From assembly GCA_904063045.1 (NCBI GenBank), contig CAJFCJ010000006.1:3054408-3118407 (forward strand): a stretch of 64,000 bases of DNA, written 5' to 3'. Shown here in pieces: positions 1-13,294 of the stretch. The translations under genes and the position numbers were made by a program. The notes below the pieces were generated by a model. That model did no database searches, was not told the origin of the DNA, and worked only from the letters and a program-made list of their open reading frames with translations. Origin of the DNA: Dimorphilus gyrociliatus (Eukaryota > Animalia > Annelida). Every line of letters begins with the position of its first letter. The first letter of the stretch is position 1.

Positions 1-897
1 TAACAAATCAATACTTTTTAAATAAGCTATATCTGTGAATATAAATCTTTTTTATGGGGGCCATTTCCGGTCGCATACTTTCTAGCGGATTGATAGACAC
101 TGGCTGTTTTTTCTCCAGAATTTTTATTGCATGAAGGGCTCCTATCAATTCTTTGTTTGACAAGCTTTATACAATACTGAACGTTGACCTAAATAAATTA
201 ATAGTTTTCTGATAAAATTTGTTAGGTTTTTGTTCTAAAAAAAAAAAGAAATACTTAATTTAAACTATTCATTGTTCCTTTAATGTTTTATATTTTCCAA
301 CGCAAATCATTAAACAAATTTTTATGAACAGTCTATTTTTAAAAAATAACTATTTTAAAGTAAAAAATAATATACTTAACAATAGTTTTCTCATTGTTTG
401 ATGATTATTCATCACGGATTGTAATCTCCAAAATATCCGGTTGCTGAAAAACACACTTTATCAAATACTCTTGATAGAATGTCTGTTTTTTTTTAAAAAA
501 AACTTTCCATTTATAAAAAGATCTTATGTTGACAATGTTTATTGTTCAGATCCGAAAATTTGATAAGAATCTTTTTGTAGTTTGAAAAAGAAAATTGAAA
601 AGGATAAAACGAATTATTATGTTTTCTTAACTGTTTTACAGGTGATAAGTTTTATTGCTTGAGGGCAACAGACTAAAATTAAGTAAACACACTGGAACAT
701 ATTTTTTATCCAGATGAAATGAAAACACCGATCAATTGTGATAAACTGTTTATTATACAATAATTTTTTTCCTGTCAATTATCACTTATTTTACAGACTA
801 TATCTAAAATTAACTAATCTACATTTAATGCTTGATACCCCTTTTTGTGAACTAAATTATAATTAGGCCTATTCTAATAGTACAACTTGTTTTACAG

Positions 898-3800
898 GCT
901 ATTAGTTGGTTCGCCATTGCATTCATCTACATATAATAATGAAATTGAGGACTTTAGCTGCAAACACTCTTCATTATTAGAAAATGAGTTATATAGAAGA
1001 AAACCTGGCTCAACCTTTCAATGTGACATCGAAGCCACTACTAAACAGTTAAACAATTGTTCCTACTGGATTACCGGATGGGAAACTTGCCTCCCAACGG
1101 CGTTATATAAACTAGAAGGACTAAAACCCAATAGTCCTTACAATGTTCAAGAGAGCCGAAGAGGAATGGGCTTGGGAACAGTTGTTCATTCGTCCTCAAA
1201 AGATCGAAGTGTTGATCCACTTAAGTATGAATCTCTTGCCTGTGCCCCTTTGTGGTCAACAGTGTTAAATACTGAGGAAAAAATGTTCACCATGGGTACT
1301 TGTTTTCGTGAACCAATAGAGGTAAAAAAAATATTTGTGTTGTAGTTCTAAATCAACAGGCAAATTAAATTTTTCAGACACCCCCGAGTAGAAGAGCCAA
1401 AGGTTATGATTGGTTTACTTTCTCAAGACCGGCCAAATTAAATCTTGACAGTCGCTCGGATATCCAGGATATTTTTCAATTTTTTCATAACTCAGCCCAA
1501 GGATTCTCAGTCGATAGTAATAAAAAAAGTCAAGTTCAAGTTGCGGGAGCACCTCTAGCCAATTTTTTCAGAGGTGGATTTATTATATCCTTAATCGGTG
1601 ATGAAGAGGAGTATAAAGGGAAAAACAATAGGGATGAAACTGCTAAGGTTGGACGATATGTCTTACATTATCCAACAGGAAATAACCGCTTGAAGAGATT
1701 GGATAAAATACATTATTCGGGTATGTTGGGATATTCTGTAGCTCTACTTAGTGTTACAGATCCTAAAGATCCACGCAGATTTGATGATAAATATCGCACT
1801 AGCTTTACTAAGTGTTTGGCATATAATAATTCAAATGACTGCAGGCATGATGAGAGAATGAAACTATTTAAGAAATGTTCAAAAGGTGACTTTGAGATAT
1901 GTCGGCTAAGCACACTGGAATTAACGCCACATTTTTATAGCAATGTTGGTGTTGTTGCTGGAGCACCAGCTCTCGAAACGTCTAGTGGCGCATTAGTCCT
2001 GTTCAGAGTAATTGCTTTGAAAAACCCCAGCTTTGCCTACAAAGAAGATCCTTATCCAATGAGAATGATGTGGCAATATAATTCCACAGAAATTGGGGAG
2101 CGCCTAGGAACATCCCTGCTTAGTATGGATATTAATGGAGATGGATTCGATGATATTATTTCTGGAGCTCCGTATTATACGAATGAAAAAAGAACCAAAG
2201 GTGGTAGAGTCTATCTCTTTCTATCGAATGGAAAAGACTTGGTCGATAGTGATGTCTATCCTGAACCAGTTAAAATTGCTGTTGATCAAACTGAGACCAC
2301 AAATTGTGCTAAAAAGAAATGCTATTCTTTTCAATTTGGAAAGTCATTGGCCAATGCTGGTGACCTAGATGGTGATGGAATCGATGATTTGGCAGTGGGG
2401 GCGCCTTATGAAGATTTGGGTGCTGTTTATATATTCTCAGGAGGATCAAGATCACAAGAGGAATGGAAAAATGTCAAACCTTCACAAAAAATAACAGTTG
2501 ATTCTCTTGGGGATGAATCTGTCAAGCAAATTCTAAATAAGGGAACTTTCGGTTGGTCTCTTTCAGGTGGTTTAGACATGAATGATGACGGTTTAATCGA
2601 TTTATCCGTTGGAGCTTATAAATCAGATGCTGTGCTATCTCTCTTCAGTAGGCCCGTTGTTTTCGTGAAATGGAGCTTTAAATATCCACAGAATTTTGAC
2701 TATGAATCTAAGACATTCGAATTTAGAGTTTGCGCAGAAGTAACAGGTAGTCGGCCTTCAATTTCAAAAATACTTAATTCAATGAATTATGTAATATATG
2801 AGGATTTATCTACCGGAGCTCCGCAGCGCTTCAAAATTGATGATGAAATCGGAAAGAAGAAAGGCGTTTTAATGGAAACAATCGCCTTAAATACAAAAAT
2901 CTGCGAAACGTTTACATTAAAACTCTTAGACAATACCAGAGATCTTATCAGTGGCCTTAGACTTACTATAGTAATAGAGGCAACACAGCCGGACAAAGTT
3001 CTTGGAAATCAAATTAAATTGGTTAACTACCCTGCTGTCATGGATAAAGACAAAATTCGGTCAAAAATTATTCCATTTAAGACAACATGCCAGCAGGTTC
3101 CATGCCGTTGCGACTTAGTAACGAAAGTAAAACCGAATTTACCTTTAATTGACCCTCGGGAAAACGTCTATTTGTTTGATACTAAAGAAAACATCAATAA
3201 TACGATTAGAATGGATTTTACCGTTGAGAACAACGGCGAAGAAGCTCATGATCCTAAGCTAATTATAGAACCCCCAGATAGTTTTAGATTGATTAATTTT
3301 GTAAAAACTGAAAATTCTCGGTGTTTTACCAGTTTAAACACCTCTGTTATAACTTGTAATCTGAAAGCACCCTTAAAACAAGGAGAAAAATCTGTGGTGG
3401 CTATAGACTTTCAATTTCAGCTTAGTCTATCTTCAAGTCTCTCTCTATTTCGAGCAGAGGCTAAATCAATCAGTGAAGAAACTCATCCAGAATCCAATAT
3501 CGTGATTAATCGCATAAAGGCAAGTGTTACAATTAATTTAAGTCTGAGAGGACTGTCATCGCCAGACAGTCTGTTTATTGAAGGAGATATTAGAGGAGCA
3601 TCTTCATTTAACTCAACAAAACAAATTGGACCTCCTGTTCAACACATTTTCAATGTTCGTAACGAAGGAAATTTTACCGTTCAAAACGTTCGTTTAGTCG
3701 TACACTTTCCATACGAATTAAAACCTTTAGATGGGGACGATCATGGAAAATATCTTTTCTACGTCGAGAAAATTCCAAATGTAGAGTGTTTTATTAAACC

Positions 3801-4447
3801 AGAATATGTTATAAATCCAGAAAATTATATCATCGGTGATTCAAAAACAGTTTCAAGTCAAAAATCAGTTTCAAAGAGGTCAGTAGGCGACTCGACAGGA
3901 GAGGATTATGGAAATTCAGTGTCAGATGGAACAACTTTAAAGGTTGGCTGTAAATTATTAGGTGCTAGATGCGCAGTTATCACCTGCGTTTTTAAAAGAA
4001 TCAATACTGGACAATCAGCAGATGTTAAAATTTATGCAAGAGCTTGGAATACAACTTTCTTACAGGTAAATATATAGAATTTCTCTGTTTTTTACAATAA
4101 TAAAATATAAGAGTTTTTATTAAGAAATATGTTTTGTTCAAAAGGAATTTGCCGAATACGAAACAGTTCATGTTCAATCGGAAGCCAGTTTAGAATATGG
4201 CGAAAATTTGTTTGATCGTACACCGGAGAATAACAATTTTACTATTATAACGGAGATCCAAACTTCTAAAATATTTGAAAAGAAGGGAATAAAAATTTGG
4301 CATATTATTTTAGCAGCAATTGGAGGTTTCCTAATTTTGCTTGTAGTCTTATTTTTATGCTGGAAGTGTGGTTTCTTCAAGAGATCGAAAAGAGACGAAA
4401 TGTATGTGTATCAAGGAAAAAAACGAAAGACGAAGGACAATTTATAG
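898..4447 (+). CDS. Integrin alpha chain without I-domain; 5' partial (signal-peptide exon not found). Exons 898-1321, 1378-4065, 4145-4447
   Basis: FG-GAP repeats (LLVGSP, GFS..AGAP, GAPYEDLGAVY); Ca-binding loops DINGDGFDD, DLDGDGIDD, DMNDDGLID; dibasic cleavage site VSKRS; TM helix followed by GFFKR. GT-AG introns 1322-1377 and 4066-4144 keep the frame. Confidence 0.93.
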
Positions 4448-6310
4448 ATGATTTTTTATTTTATAGGATGAAATAATTTTACTAGTCAGTAACGTTTTTT
4501 TTTAAAGAATAAGCTCGTACTCTTTGAATGAAACGGTCCAGTAGATTTAGACGCTTAGTTCTGTTTGTTTTTCTTCCTTTTTTTACTGTTAAAAATTTTT
4601 TAAAGATTTGTATCTGTAGGTATTTCGAAGTATTGCTGTTGGTGCTAATGAACGAACATAGATTATTCAGATGTAATTTATTTCTCATGCTCTTTTGTCG
4701 TATAGCTTTTATACAACTTACAAAGTATATATATTTATTTACTTATATATACTATTTTCTCTTCTATTATGCAGTTTACATTTAGAATCAAAGATAAACA
4801 TTATTTTTAGTGTTTTATCTCTAGTTTATCCTGTTCGTTCTCTCTAAGTAGTAGATGCATTTTGAATATGCCGTTTTAATAATGCAGATGGTCAGATACC
4901 GATATAAAGTATATAGGTACAAAAACTTGTTTTTAACAACTGAGGACTACAAAAATACTTAAAAAATTTTTGAGTAATTTTTTAATAGTGGAATGCTAAA
5001 AAAAAAATTAACATCAAAATAAGATGTAATAGAAATTCAAGCTAATCTGCTCATCTGTTCTAAGAAACATAACTGCTTAATTTTTGTTACATGAGTTTGT
5101 TTTCTCTTTTTTTTTCTATTTCAGTGAAATATGCATAATGTTTGTTTTCGTACGAGTTCAAAAGAATATTAATTCGTACTTGAATTTATTTTAGATTTAT
5201 CTTGAAATGATAAAAAAAAAGAAAAATCAGTAGTTAACTTAATATAGACAAAAGTATAAAGGATAAAACGATGATATTGTATTGCTTTCGCTACTATACT
5301 ATTTTATCTATATAATGTTGACTTACTGTTTTTTAGATTTAATAATCAATGTTTTATATATACACATATTTGTTTATGTAAGAAAAATAAACGTCTATTC
5401 TTTTTGTTTGTCTCAAGGTCATAATTAAGTTTATCATGCATGGCTTATTCTTTTATATATATATATAAAAGAGTGTTACGAAGCATTATGTTTATTTTTT
5501 ATTGTTTTCGTGAGCTTAATAACCAAAGATTTGTAAATGTAATGTAACGAATTTTTCTTTCAAATGATTTAAAAAATTCGTTAAATCTATAAAGAAATAT
5601 ATATAAAAAAAGTGTTGATTGTAGGAGAAAAAAATCAATAAAATATTAAGTGTTCAATTTTGAAAGAAAACAACAACAAACAAACAAAAAAAGTGAAGGA
5701 ATGTATTATGCAAATAGATTAAAAGAAAAAACAGAATACTTTCTATATTAGTATACATATTTATATTTATATATACAGTATATCTTACATTACAAGTATA
5801 TATTTATATGTATTGTTTATGTTGCTTCTCTTACTTTTGCTTTCTACCATAAAAGTCTTTTAAACTTGTTAGCATTTGTAGAATTTACCTTTTTAGTATA
5901 TACAGTATATTTATGTATAAAGTATATGCTTTTAAAGAAAATTGTAATATGCTAAATGGAAATAATTGTTTAAAGGATCCTAATGAAAACAATAAAGATT
6001 TCTCTTTTTGTATTCTTATTAATCTATTGTTATTTTTCAACAAAATTAATAACTTATTCATTTCATAATAAACAGACGAAGTGTATTACAGTCACGCACC
6101 AATCGACTAGAAATGATATAATTAAACAGCGTCGAAAAACTTTGAAAAATGGACGGTTTCAATGTATATACTGTAAAAAGTTGTATATACCTATATTACA
6201 TATATATAAAACTATAAAGAGATGTACATATATATGTAATTATAGTTTTAAAAAAGCATTATATTTATTGCGTGTATCGATACAAAGATAGCACTTAAAT
6301 GTAATATCAA

Positions 6311-9300
6311 CTAAGCGTGTTGTTGTTGTATTAAAAGTGCCTGTTGCCTTTCCATTTCGTGTCTCTCACGCAAGGCTTCTAAATCAATTAATTCAGGAGT
6401 TTCTTCTACGTTCAAATCGACTCCATGAGTAGGACTTTTTTGTTCTTTAGGTTTTTGTTTCGGTGGTTTTTTCACCTGTTTCGCATACTGCATTGCTTTT
6501 GACCTTGCGCTAACAAGATCTTCTTTATCTAGGTTTTCTAAATTAGGTCTGGAAGACGACTTCTTGATACCTTTAAGGTCTTGACGGTTTTTTTCTTGCA
6601 CTTGTTTAGCATATTCTTGTTTTCTTTGAGCTTTTTCTTTCTATATATTTGAACAGAGTTTTAGAAAAAGGGTGCTTTACTTTTGATATATATATATACA
6701 GTATACCTTATCTCTAAGAGTTTCATTATCCAAATCGGGTCCTAAACCCCCCAATTTCACTTCTCTATTCATCCTCTTATAATCCTCAATTGTATAGATC
6801 TGATAATTCTTTTCATTCTTTGCTCTCTTCTCCTCTTTCTGCTTTTCGATTTCATATTGCTCAGCGTAAGTAAGTTGTTGACTTTTAGGCATTTGATGTC
6901 TGGGCGTCGGTTTTATGTCCCGAGGTGTTTGATTGTCTTCTGTACTATTTGAAGGAATTGGCGGTAGTACTCTATATGGACTTTCGACAGTTTGAATACT
7001 ATCGGCGCTATTTGGAACTTGGGCAGGCATAGTAAAAATATCTGCCGTCTGATGAGCGAAGAAATCATTTTCAGACGATCGACGTTTGTACCATGTTGGA
7101 ACCTGAGTTGAAACTTGAGTAGGTACCTGGTAGCCCATCTGCTGCTAATTAAAACAATAAGCTAATCAAATATCTAAGGCTTTTCTACAAATAGATACTT
7201 ACAGGAGCTACGGGAACCTGCTGTTGTACAGCGCTGGGTTTCTTACTTAATTTCCTTTTATTACCAGAGCCGTCTTTCTGCGTTGCCAAGCTTGTCGATC
7301 TATTTTTCCATAACCTCTCAGCTTCACTTTGATATTCCTCATCACTAGCTTCCTGGTTGATAAATTTTTCAACATTCCTTGGTTTTTGAGCCTTCGGAAT
7401 TTTTTCTTTTCGCCTAGGTGTTGGTGAAGTCTGCTTTTTCTCTGCAAAGATTTGACCGTAACTCTTTTTTTGTTGCTTTTTATTTAAAGATTCAATGTTT
7501 CGTTCGATAAAATCTTTTGAAAAATTTTCCCGGTTCTTTTCACTCTGTTCTTCCGGTTGCTGAGCGTACTTTAAATATCTCGGATCAATTTGATTGTTGG
7601 AAGCCTATTATAAAATTATAAATCAATTACAGTAAGAAAATAATTAATAAGGATACTCACTAAGGATGGATCGGTACTCTTTGGTACTGGACTTAATTGT
7701 TGCGCCATCTGTTGCTGTTGAAGTATTTGTTGCTGCATCATCATAAATTGTTGCAATTGTTGCTGTTGTTGCATTTGTTGCTGTTGGATATTACTTTGTA
7801 TGACTGCTTGTTGTTGCAGTTGATGAGCAAGTATATCTGTTGATACTCTTGGAGACTTTTCTTTAAACCTTCGTGGTGATTTTAAAGAATTAGGAGGATC
7901 TAAGTCGTCAGAGTCTGAATCATCCGAATCTGTATCATCAAAATTTGCAGTTTTTTTAACAACTTTTCGAGTTCGTTCCCGTTCTTTTCGTTTTTCTTCT
8001 TCCAAACGTCGTTTTAGTTCTTCTTGTTCTTGCTCTTTCCTCCTTTGAATCTCTTTTTTCCTAAGTTCCTCTTCTAACAATTTTTTTCGCTCCAGCTCTT
8101 TTTGTTTCTTCCTAAATTCTTCTCTTGCCAATTCCTCCTCCATAAGTTTTATCCTCTCCTGCTCTTCGTATCTGTTTAGTTCATTTTGTAACTTTTGCTG
8201 TTCAAATATCTGCCTTTGCTGGGCTCGTTTTTCCTTTCTAGCTACGAATAACTCGTGAAGCTCTTCCTCGTCCTCCCTGCGCCTTAGCTCCTCCAAACTC
8301 TCTCTTGACGGTTGGGTTATTGTTGTAACATTACTGGTAGGATTGCTATAATATCTCTCTGATTCATAATCCAGAGAATCAACAGGAAGAGGTTCGCTTT
8401 CTTCATTCCTTTCCCATTCATCACTCTTATGCATATCATTTTCGTTATCAGCTATCCGCTTTTTTAATCGCTCTTGATACATTCTCTCCTGCTGTAAATC
8501 TTGCTCTTCCTACCAAAAATATTTTTGCGTTAAGTACACTAGAATTGACACTAACAATATAATTGATCCTTTTATCGATAGTCTATAACAGTAGTAATTA
8601 CAAAGGAAATGTTATAAAAAAGTATTGCGAAATAATCCAGACACATAATGCCAGTAGTTTGATTTTTAAAGATTTTCAATAGTGTTTGTTAGGAAGAAAG
8701 CAAAGAGGGGAAGGGGGAAAACAAAAAACAGCAAATTTCATTGAAAAGAAATAATAAGAAGATAATTCGATTGTTAAGAAAAACAAAAATATAAAAAGAA
8801 AATGACCTAAAAATCAATACTTCACTTTTTAAATAAACAACACACCTGCTCTTTTTTGACCTGTGCTTTCGAAAAAGGTGATTCGATGGGTTGAACGGGC
8901 TTACTAACTCTAAGCAATCCTTGAGGCGGCTAAATAAATCGTGACAAACGAAATCATAACACTCGAAAAACAAAACAAATTAAAATATGATGGTAAAAAA
9001 ATAATTTTTTCTCTTTCGACAAAAAAGCAAACGAATATTAAAATAGATTAATTAAATATTTACTGTTGAATTTATTGTTGTTGTTGTTGCTGTTGATAAT
9101 CCTTTGTAACTTCTATCTTCGTATCTGAGAAATGAAGAAGAAGAATGAAAGGTAATGGAATATATAAATAATCAAACGGGTATTAACATATAGTATTTAC
9201 CTATCCGAATAAGCTGATATACTTGATGGTTGCTTAGGTCTTATCCTTTCTATGGGCTTTATTTTTTTAGCACTAGTTACTTCTAGAGAATCATCAACGT

Positions 9301-9874
9301 TCTCGTTAACGTATTCGTATCTATATCGGTAGGGTGAAAGAAGAAGAATGAATGCTTTAATAAGAAACTCTCGTCACAGAGAATGAGGATTGGTTTTTGA
9401 AATAACATAAATACTAAGAGGATTAATGAATGACATTATTAGAGTAAATTTCCTGTATAAACTTCTAGATTAATAAATTAGACCTTTTAATCCGATAGGG
9501 TCAAGCTGTTTTTTTTAAAATTCCCTATCTAATTCTATATCACATTTGCCTAACGAAGGCCTATACTATCGACAGTATTATATATTGCTATTGATTTTAA
9601 AATAAACTGAAAATTTTATAAGTAAATTTGCGTTATTCTCCTCTCTTCCCTTTTTTGTGTTAAAGAAAGCTAATAGTTTACTTTTAAGAGAGAGAATACA
9701 AATTTTAAAATTTGTTCTTTTTCGAACAATTCTAAAGTAATAAAAGTTTAGATACTTTTCGTCCTCTTCGTCGCCCTTTCGAACTCTAGCAGAACCTAGA
9801 GAACTCATTGTCCTCTCACGTAAAAGGTCGAGCAACTTTTCGTTATCCGTCGCTAAGATTCTTCCTTGACTCAT
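6311..9874 (-). CDS. JHY: JHY-like (juvenile hydrocephalus / C11orf63) motile-cilia protein, multi-exon
   Basis: C-terminal motifs KLGGLGPDL..., AMQYAKQVKKP and LEALRERHEMERQQA match the recalled JHY C-terminus. Frame-compatible exons include 9874-9756, about 9325-9220, about 9125-9068, 8929-8846, about 8511-7661 and from 7604 downward. Gln/Glu-rich middle region. Confidence 0.7.
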
Positions 9875-10117
9875 TTGATCTTAAGTAATTGAACGCTTAA
9901 TCTCAAATTACTCCTGGTTAATATATCCTCAATATCGCTCTACAACAACATTTAATTACACTTCTACAGATATTATATTATTTAACATACTTATTCTCCA
10001 ATTCTACAACTTCTTTCTTATCAGATTAAGAGGTAATTTATGTAGATAATCTTTAAATTCCCATAAAGTTTCGAAAGACGACGTTGTCGAATTTCTCAAA
10101 CTCCCATCGTGCAGTGT

Positions 10118-10131
10118 GTTGTCTTGGTAAC
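10118..10131. promoter_or_regulatory. RFX X-box upstream of JHY
   Basis: GTTGTC-TT-GGTAAC fits GYTNYY-N(1-3)-RRHRAC, about 245 nt upstream of the JHY ATG. Confidence 0.6.
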
Positions 10132-10676
10132 AAAATGGCCGATGAAGTTGTAAACAAATTTGGCGCGTTTCTTTCAACAATACTTATAATAAATTCATTA
10201 ATAATTCGAGAAAGTAGAGTAAGTTGTTCGTTTTGTCAAATGTATTAAGTCTGATAAATACTGCATATATTAATACTTTTACGAAAAGCGCATGTTAAAT
10301 TTGTCAATCTTTTTAACAACATTGACTAGACTAATTAAACAGTAGAGTTACAGGACCTTATATTTTGCTGTAACATACTTTCTTTCAAAAATAATGAACA
10401 AAGTTTGACAAAATACAAAAAATGAATAAAAAAATATTCAGATTATTGCTTAAAGCAGACTGTTGCTTTGCGTCCTTTAATCCTAACTGTTTGATTTGTC
10501 AGAATTTTACCTAGGAGAAAACAAAAACAAACACCGTTAGACGGAATTTTTTCTTTTTTTTGGCAAAAATTAATCGTTAAATTTCCTTTTTTCAAGGTTA
10601 ATTATTATTAATATTTTTTTATCTCATTCGAAAAAGAGATCAATACTCAACATTTTAACATACATATTGACTAAGT

Positions 10677-12691
10677 TCATTCATTCTTATTTTTTCTTCT
10701 CATTATACGCCTCACTCTTAACATAATAGACTTTCTTGCTGCACTCGATAATCTGGTCACTAAACAAAATATAGTTGCGGCTAAAAAAGCCATATTGTAG
10801 CAGGTTACGAAAACTATGTTGTGTAACCATTTTGGTGGTGTTCCTGGATGAAAGTCAGTAAATCCTAATGTTCTAGCCAAAAGGGGCATAGCTGAAGATA
10901 TAATTAACCACAAAGAACAATTTCCGATTAGTTTTGTTGTTGATGTGTTGGATTTGAGTAACATTAACTTTGGACTTATATAAGGAAGACAGTAAAGTCC
11001 TACAATAGACGAAAAGGTAACATAGAGAATTACCAGCAAGTATAAAGTTGAACCAAATAAGCCTGGAAAATTTGGAAAAAATATAATTTTAGTTTTATTA
11101 AAAAAGAAGAAAACAAACCTAATCTTGAAAAGCTCGCAGCTCCTAAAACCAAGTTCTTGGAAATTGCAGGAGAAGAAGTTCCAATTAATAATTCCAATGT
11201 ATTTCTCAGCACTAGTAGACCGCAAACCGCAGTTAAACTAACTAGTGCAGCAAATAATATAGGGAAAATAATGATTCTAATATAGTCCCTCTTCACTCCA
11301 AGCCATCTTCTTCTTTCTAATTCCGTATAATCATTGTCCAAATCGCTCAATTTCTTTTCATAATCGTGTAATGAATGAGATTCGTTGTTACCATTCGCCA
11401 ATTTTGAATAATTTGATGAGGAATGTTTCAACCAATTGAGATGACGACGAAGTGTTTCTTGTTCAAGAGACGTTGTATAAAGTTCATCTTCGATTTTGCG
11501 TAGAAAAGCAGGTTTTTTTACAAGTTTTCCGAGTAATGTGAACATTCTTACAAAACCCAATGGAGTACAAACTATTTTGAACAAAGAATAAGAATGATTG
11601 AGCGTTAATCGTTTATGTAAAAAATACCCCACCAGATGGCGGTTTCATTGTTAGAAATTATGCAAATTATTGAAATAATCTTTAAGAAATCTAAAATAAT
11701 ACTTACTAAATAGCAATAATACTCCAATTAGAGAGATACAAGAGTATAAATAGGGCAAATAAAAGCTCCAAACATCTAAAATAGGCTTTTTTTATTAATT
11801 AGTTCAAAAATAAATATGAACTATCTCACCAAACAAAGTTCGCTTGCTCCATTCGTCCTTGTTGAAAATGGCTGCAAATATGAACGTCAAACCACAGGCC
11901 ATGATTGCCATTAAGATTAGAACTAAAGCAGTTTCATAAACTCTGCTCATAATTCCCTTTCTACAACCGGGTAGACCTTCTGCCTCGGTAAACAAATAGG
12001 CAAACGGCATTAAAATCAGTAAACTTAGATTAGAGAATAGGGAAACCCAATTCCATAAACCTTCAATTAAAGAAGAATTTAGCCATTGCATGTAATACGA
12101 ATTGGTATAATGGAGCAAAAGTTCGTTAGATATTATTGAAATTGGAAGAAGTAACGCTGCTCCTAATGAACTAGATAAAGTAAACGTGCACATCCACAAT
12201 CTATTAAAGAGAATAAAATAAAAATAAGAATATATATGTATATAGATAGATATATATAGTGTTAGTATTATACAATATATGTCTTTTAACAAAGAGCTCA
12301 AGTATTCCTTGAATACAAATATTTTTAAGTAATGTCGAGTTTAAATGGAAATAAAATTTAGAATGTTTGAATTAATATTTGATACTGAATAGATATCAAC
12401 TTTCTTTATCGTCTATTCAAAATATCTTTTCTATTTCCTTTGTACTTACGATATTCTATAAACAATGGCATCTTCTTTTTCACCGGAAAAATGATCTTCG
12501 CAAATAGTCTTTTTTTTAAAATATGTTAGGAAGAAGTATGAAGAAACGTAAAGAATGATGAAGACTAGCAAGAAGATCTGAAAATATTGATTTTAAAATA
12601 AAATTTCATCGGTCCACTTGACACTTACGATATATTGACGAACTGCGTTGTGAAACAACCTTTCACGTAATTCGACGTCACTATCATCCAT
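10677..12691 (-). CDS. LMBR1: LMBR1/LMBR1L multipass membrane protein, 6 coding exons
   Basis: Start MDDSDVELRERLFHNAVRQYI at 12691. Spliced motifs LWMCTFTLSSSLGAALLLPISIISNE, GLWNWVSLFSNLSL, FAYLFTEAEGL, VCTPLGFVRMF, GNCSLWLIISSAMPLLARTLG. Canonical splice sites; last intron 11063-11118. Confidence 0.93.
11629..11642 (+). promoter_or_regulatory. CTCF-like motif in an LMBR1 intron
   Basis: CCACCAGATGGCGG is a near-perfect match to the CTCF core CCACYAGRKGGCRS, in AT-rich intronic sequence. Confidence 0.55.
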
Positions 12692-13200
12692 AATTTTCTA
12701 CAGCTTTCCCGATCATCCAGTATATAGTCTCTCGAGAGCTTTTAACAAAAAAATAACACAATCACTTCTTATTGAGAACCGCTTGTTATGGGTTTAACTA
12801 TAACATGAATGGGAAATAATCAGCTGAGAGTTTTAGTTATCTTCATATTAATTAAAACATAGAGTTGACTCTTTTCATTTTAACAATAAAACGTAAAAGC
12901 ATCCTTATAGAAAATATAATTTTTAAAACTCTTTAGCAAACTATAATTTTCATATTATAACCAGCAATTTCATGCACACTCAAAAATCAGCTCAAGATAA
13001 AAGATATTTACCTCAATGGGAATTTTTTTATTTAAACGAATATCTCTTCGAACTCTAGAACTCTGATTTCGAAGTAAATTGTAGCGTTCATCCCTGTTTA
13101 CATTAATTTAAATGAGTAAAACTAATTAAGCTTAGTCCTCGATTTTCTGTGATATGAGGTGACCCAGGTTTTAGTCACAACTGCCATAGAAATAATTTTT

Positions 13201-13210
13201 ACGCATGCGC
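13201..13210. promoter_or_regulatory. NRF1/ewg-like site in the LMBR1/KDM3 divergent promoter
   Basis: ACGCATGCGC, one mismatch to the palindrome GCGCATGCGC, about 85 nt upstream of the KDM3 ATG. Confidence 0.45.
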
Positions 13211-13294
13211 AAAAGTAGAATTTCCGCAACCGGAACGCTCATTTAAAGAGAGAAATTGTGGTGTATCACTAAATTAAGCCCCATTTCTTTCGAA

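Noticed and set aside
5983-6291. 102-aa + strand ORF, and 4528-4785
   Set aside because: Low-complexity AT-rich I/Y/F/K composition in the convergent 3' UTR region of integrin and JHY; no motif.
8689-8973. 94-aa minus-strand ORF
   Set aside because: It overlaps a real 84-nt JHY exon (8929-8846) in another frame; the rest is intron.
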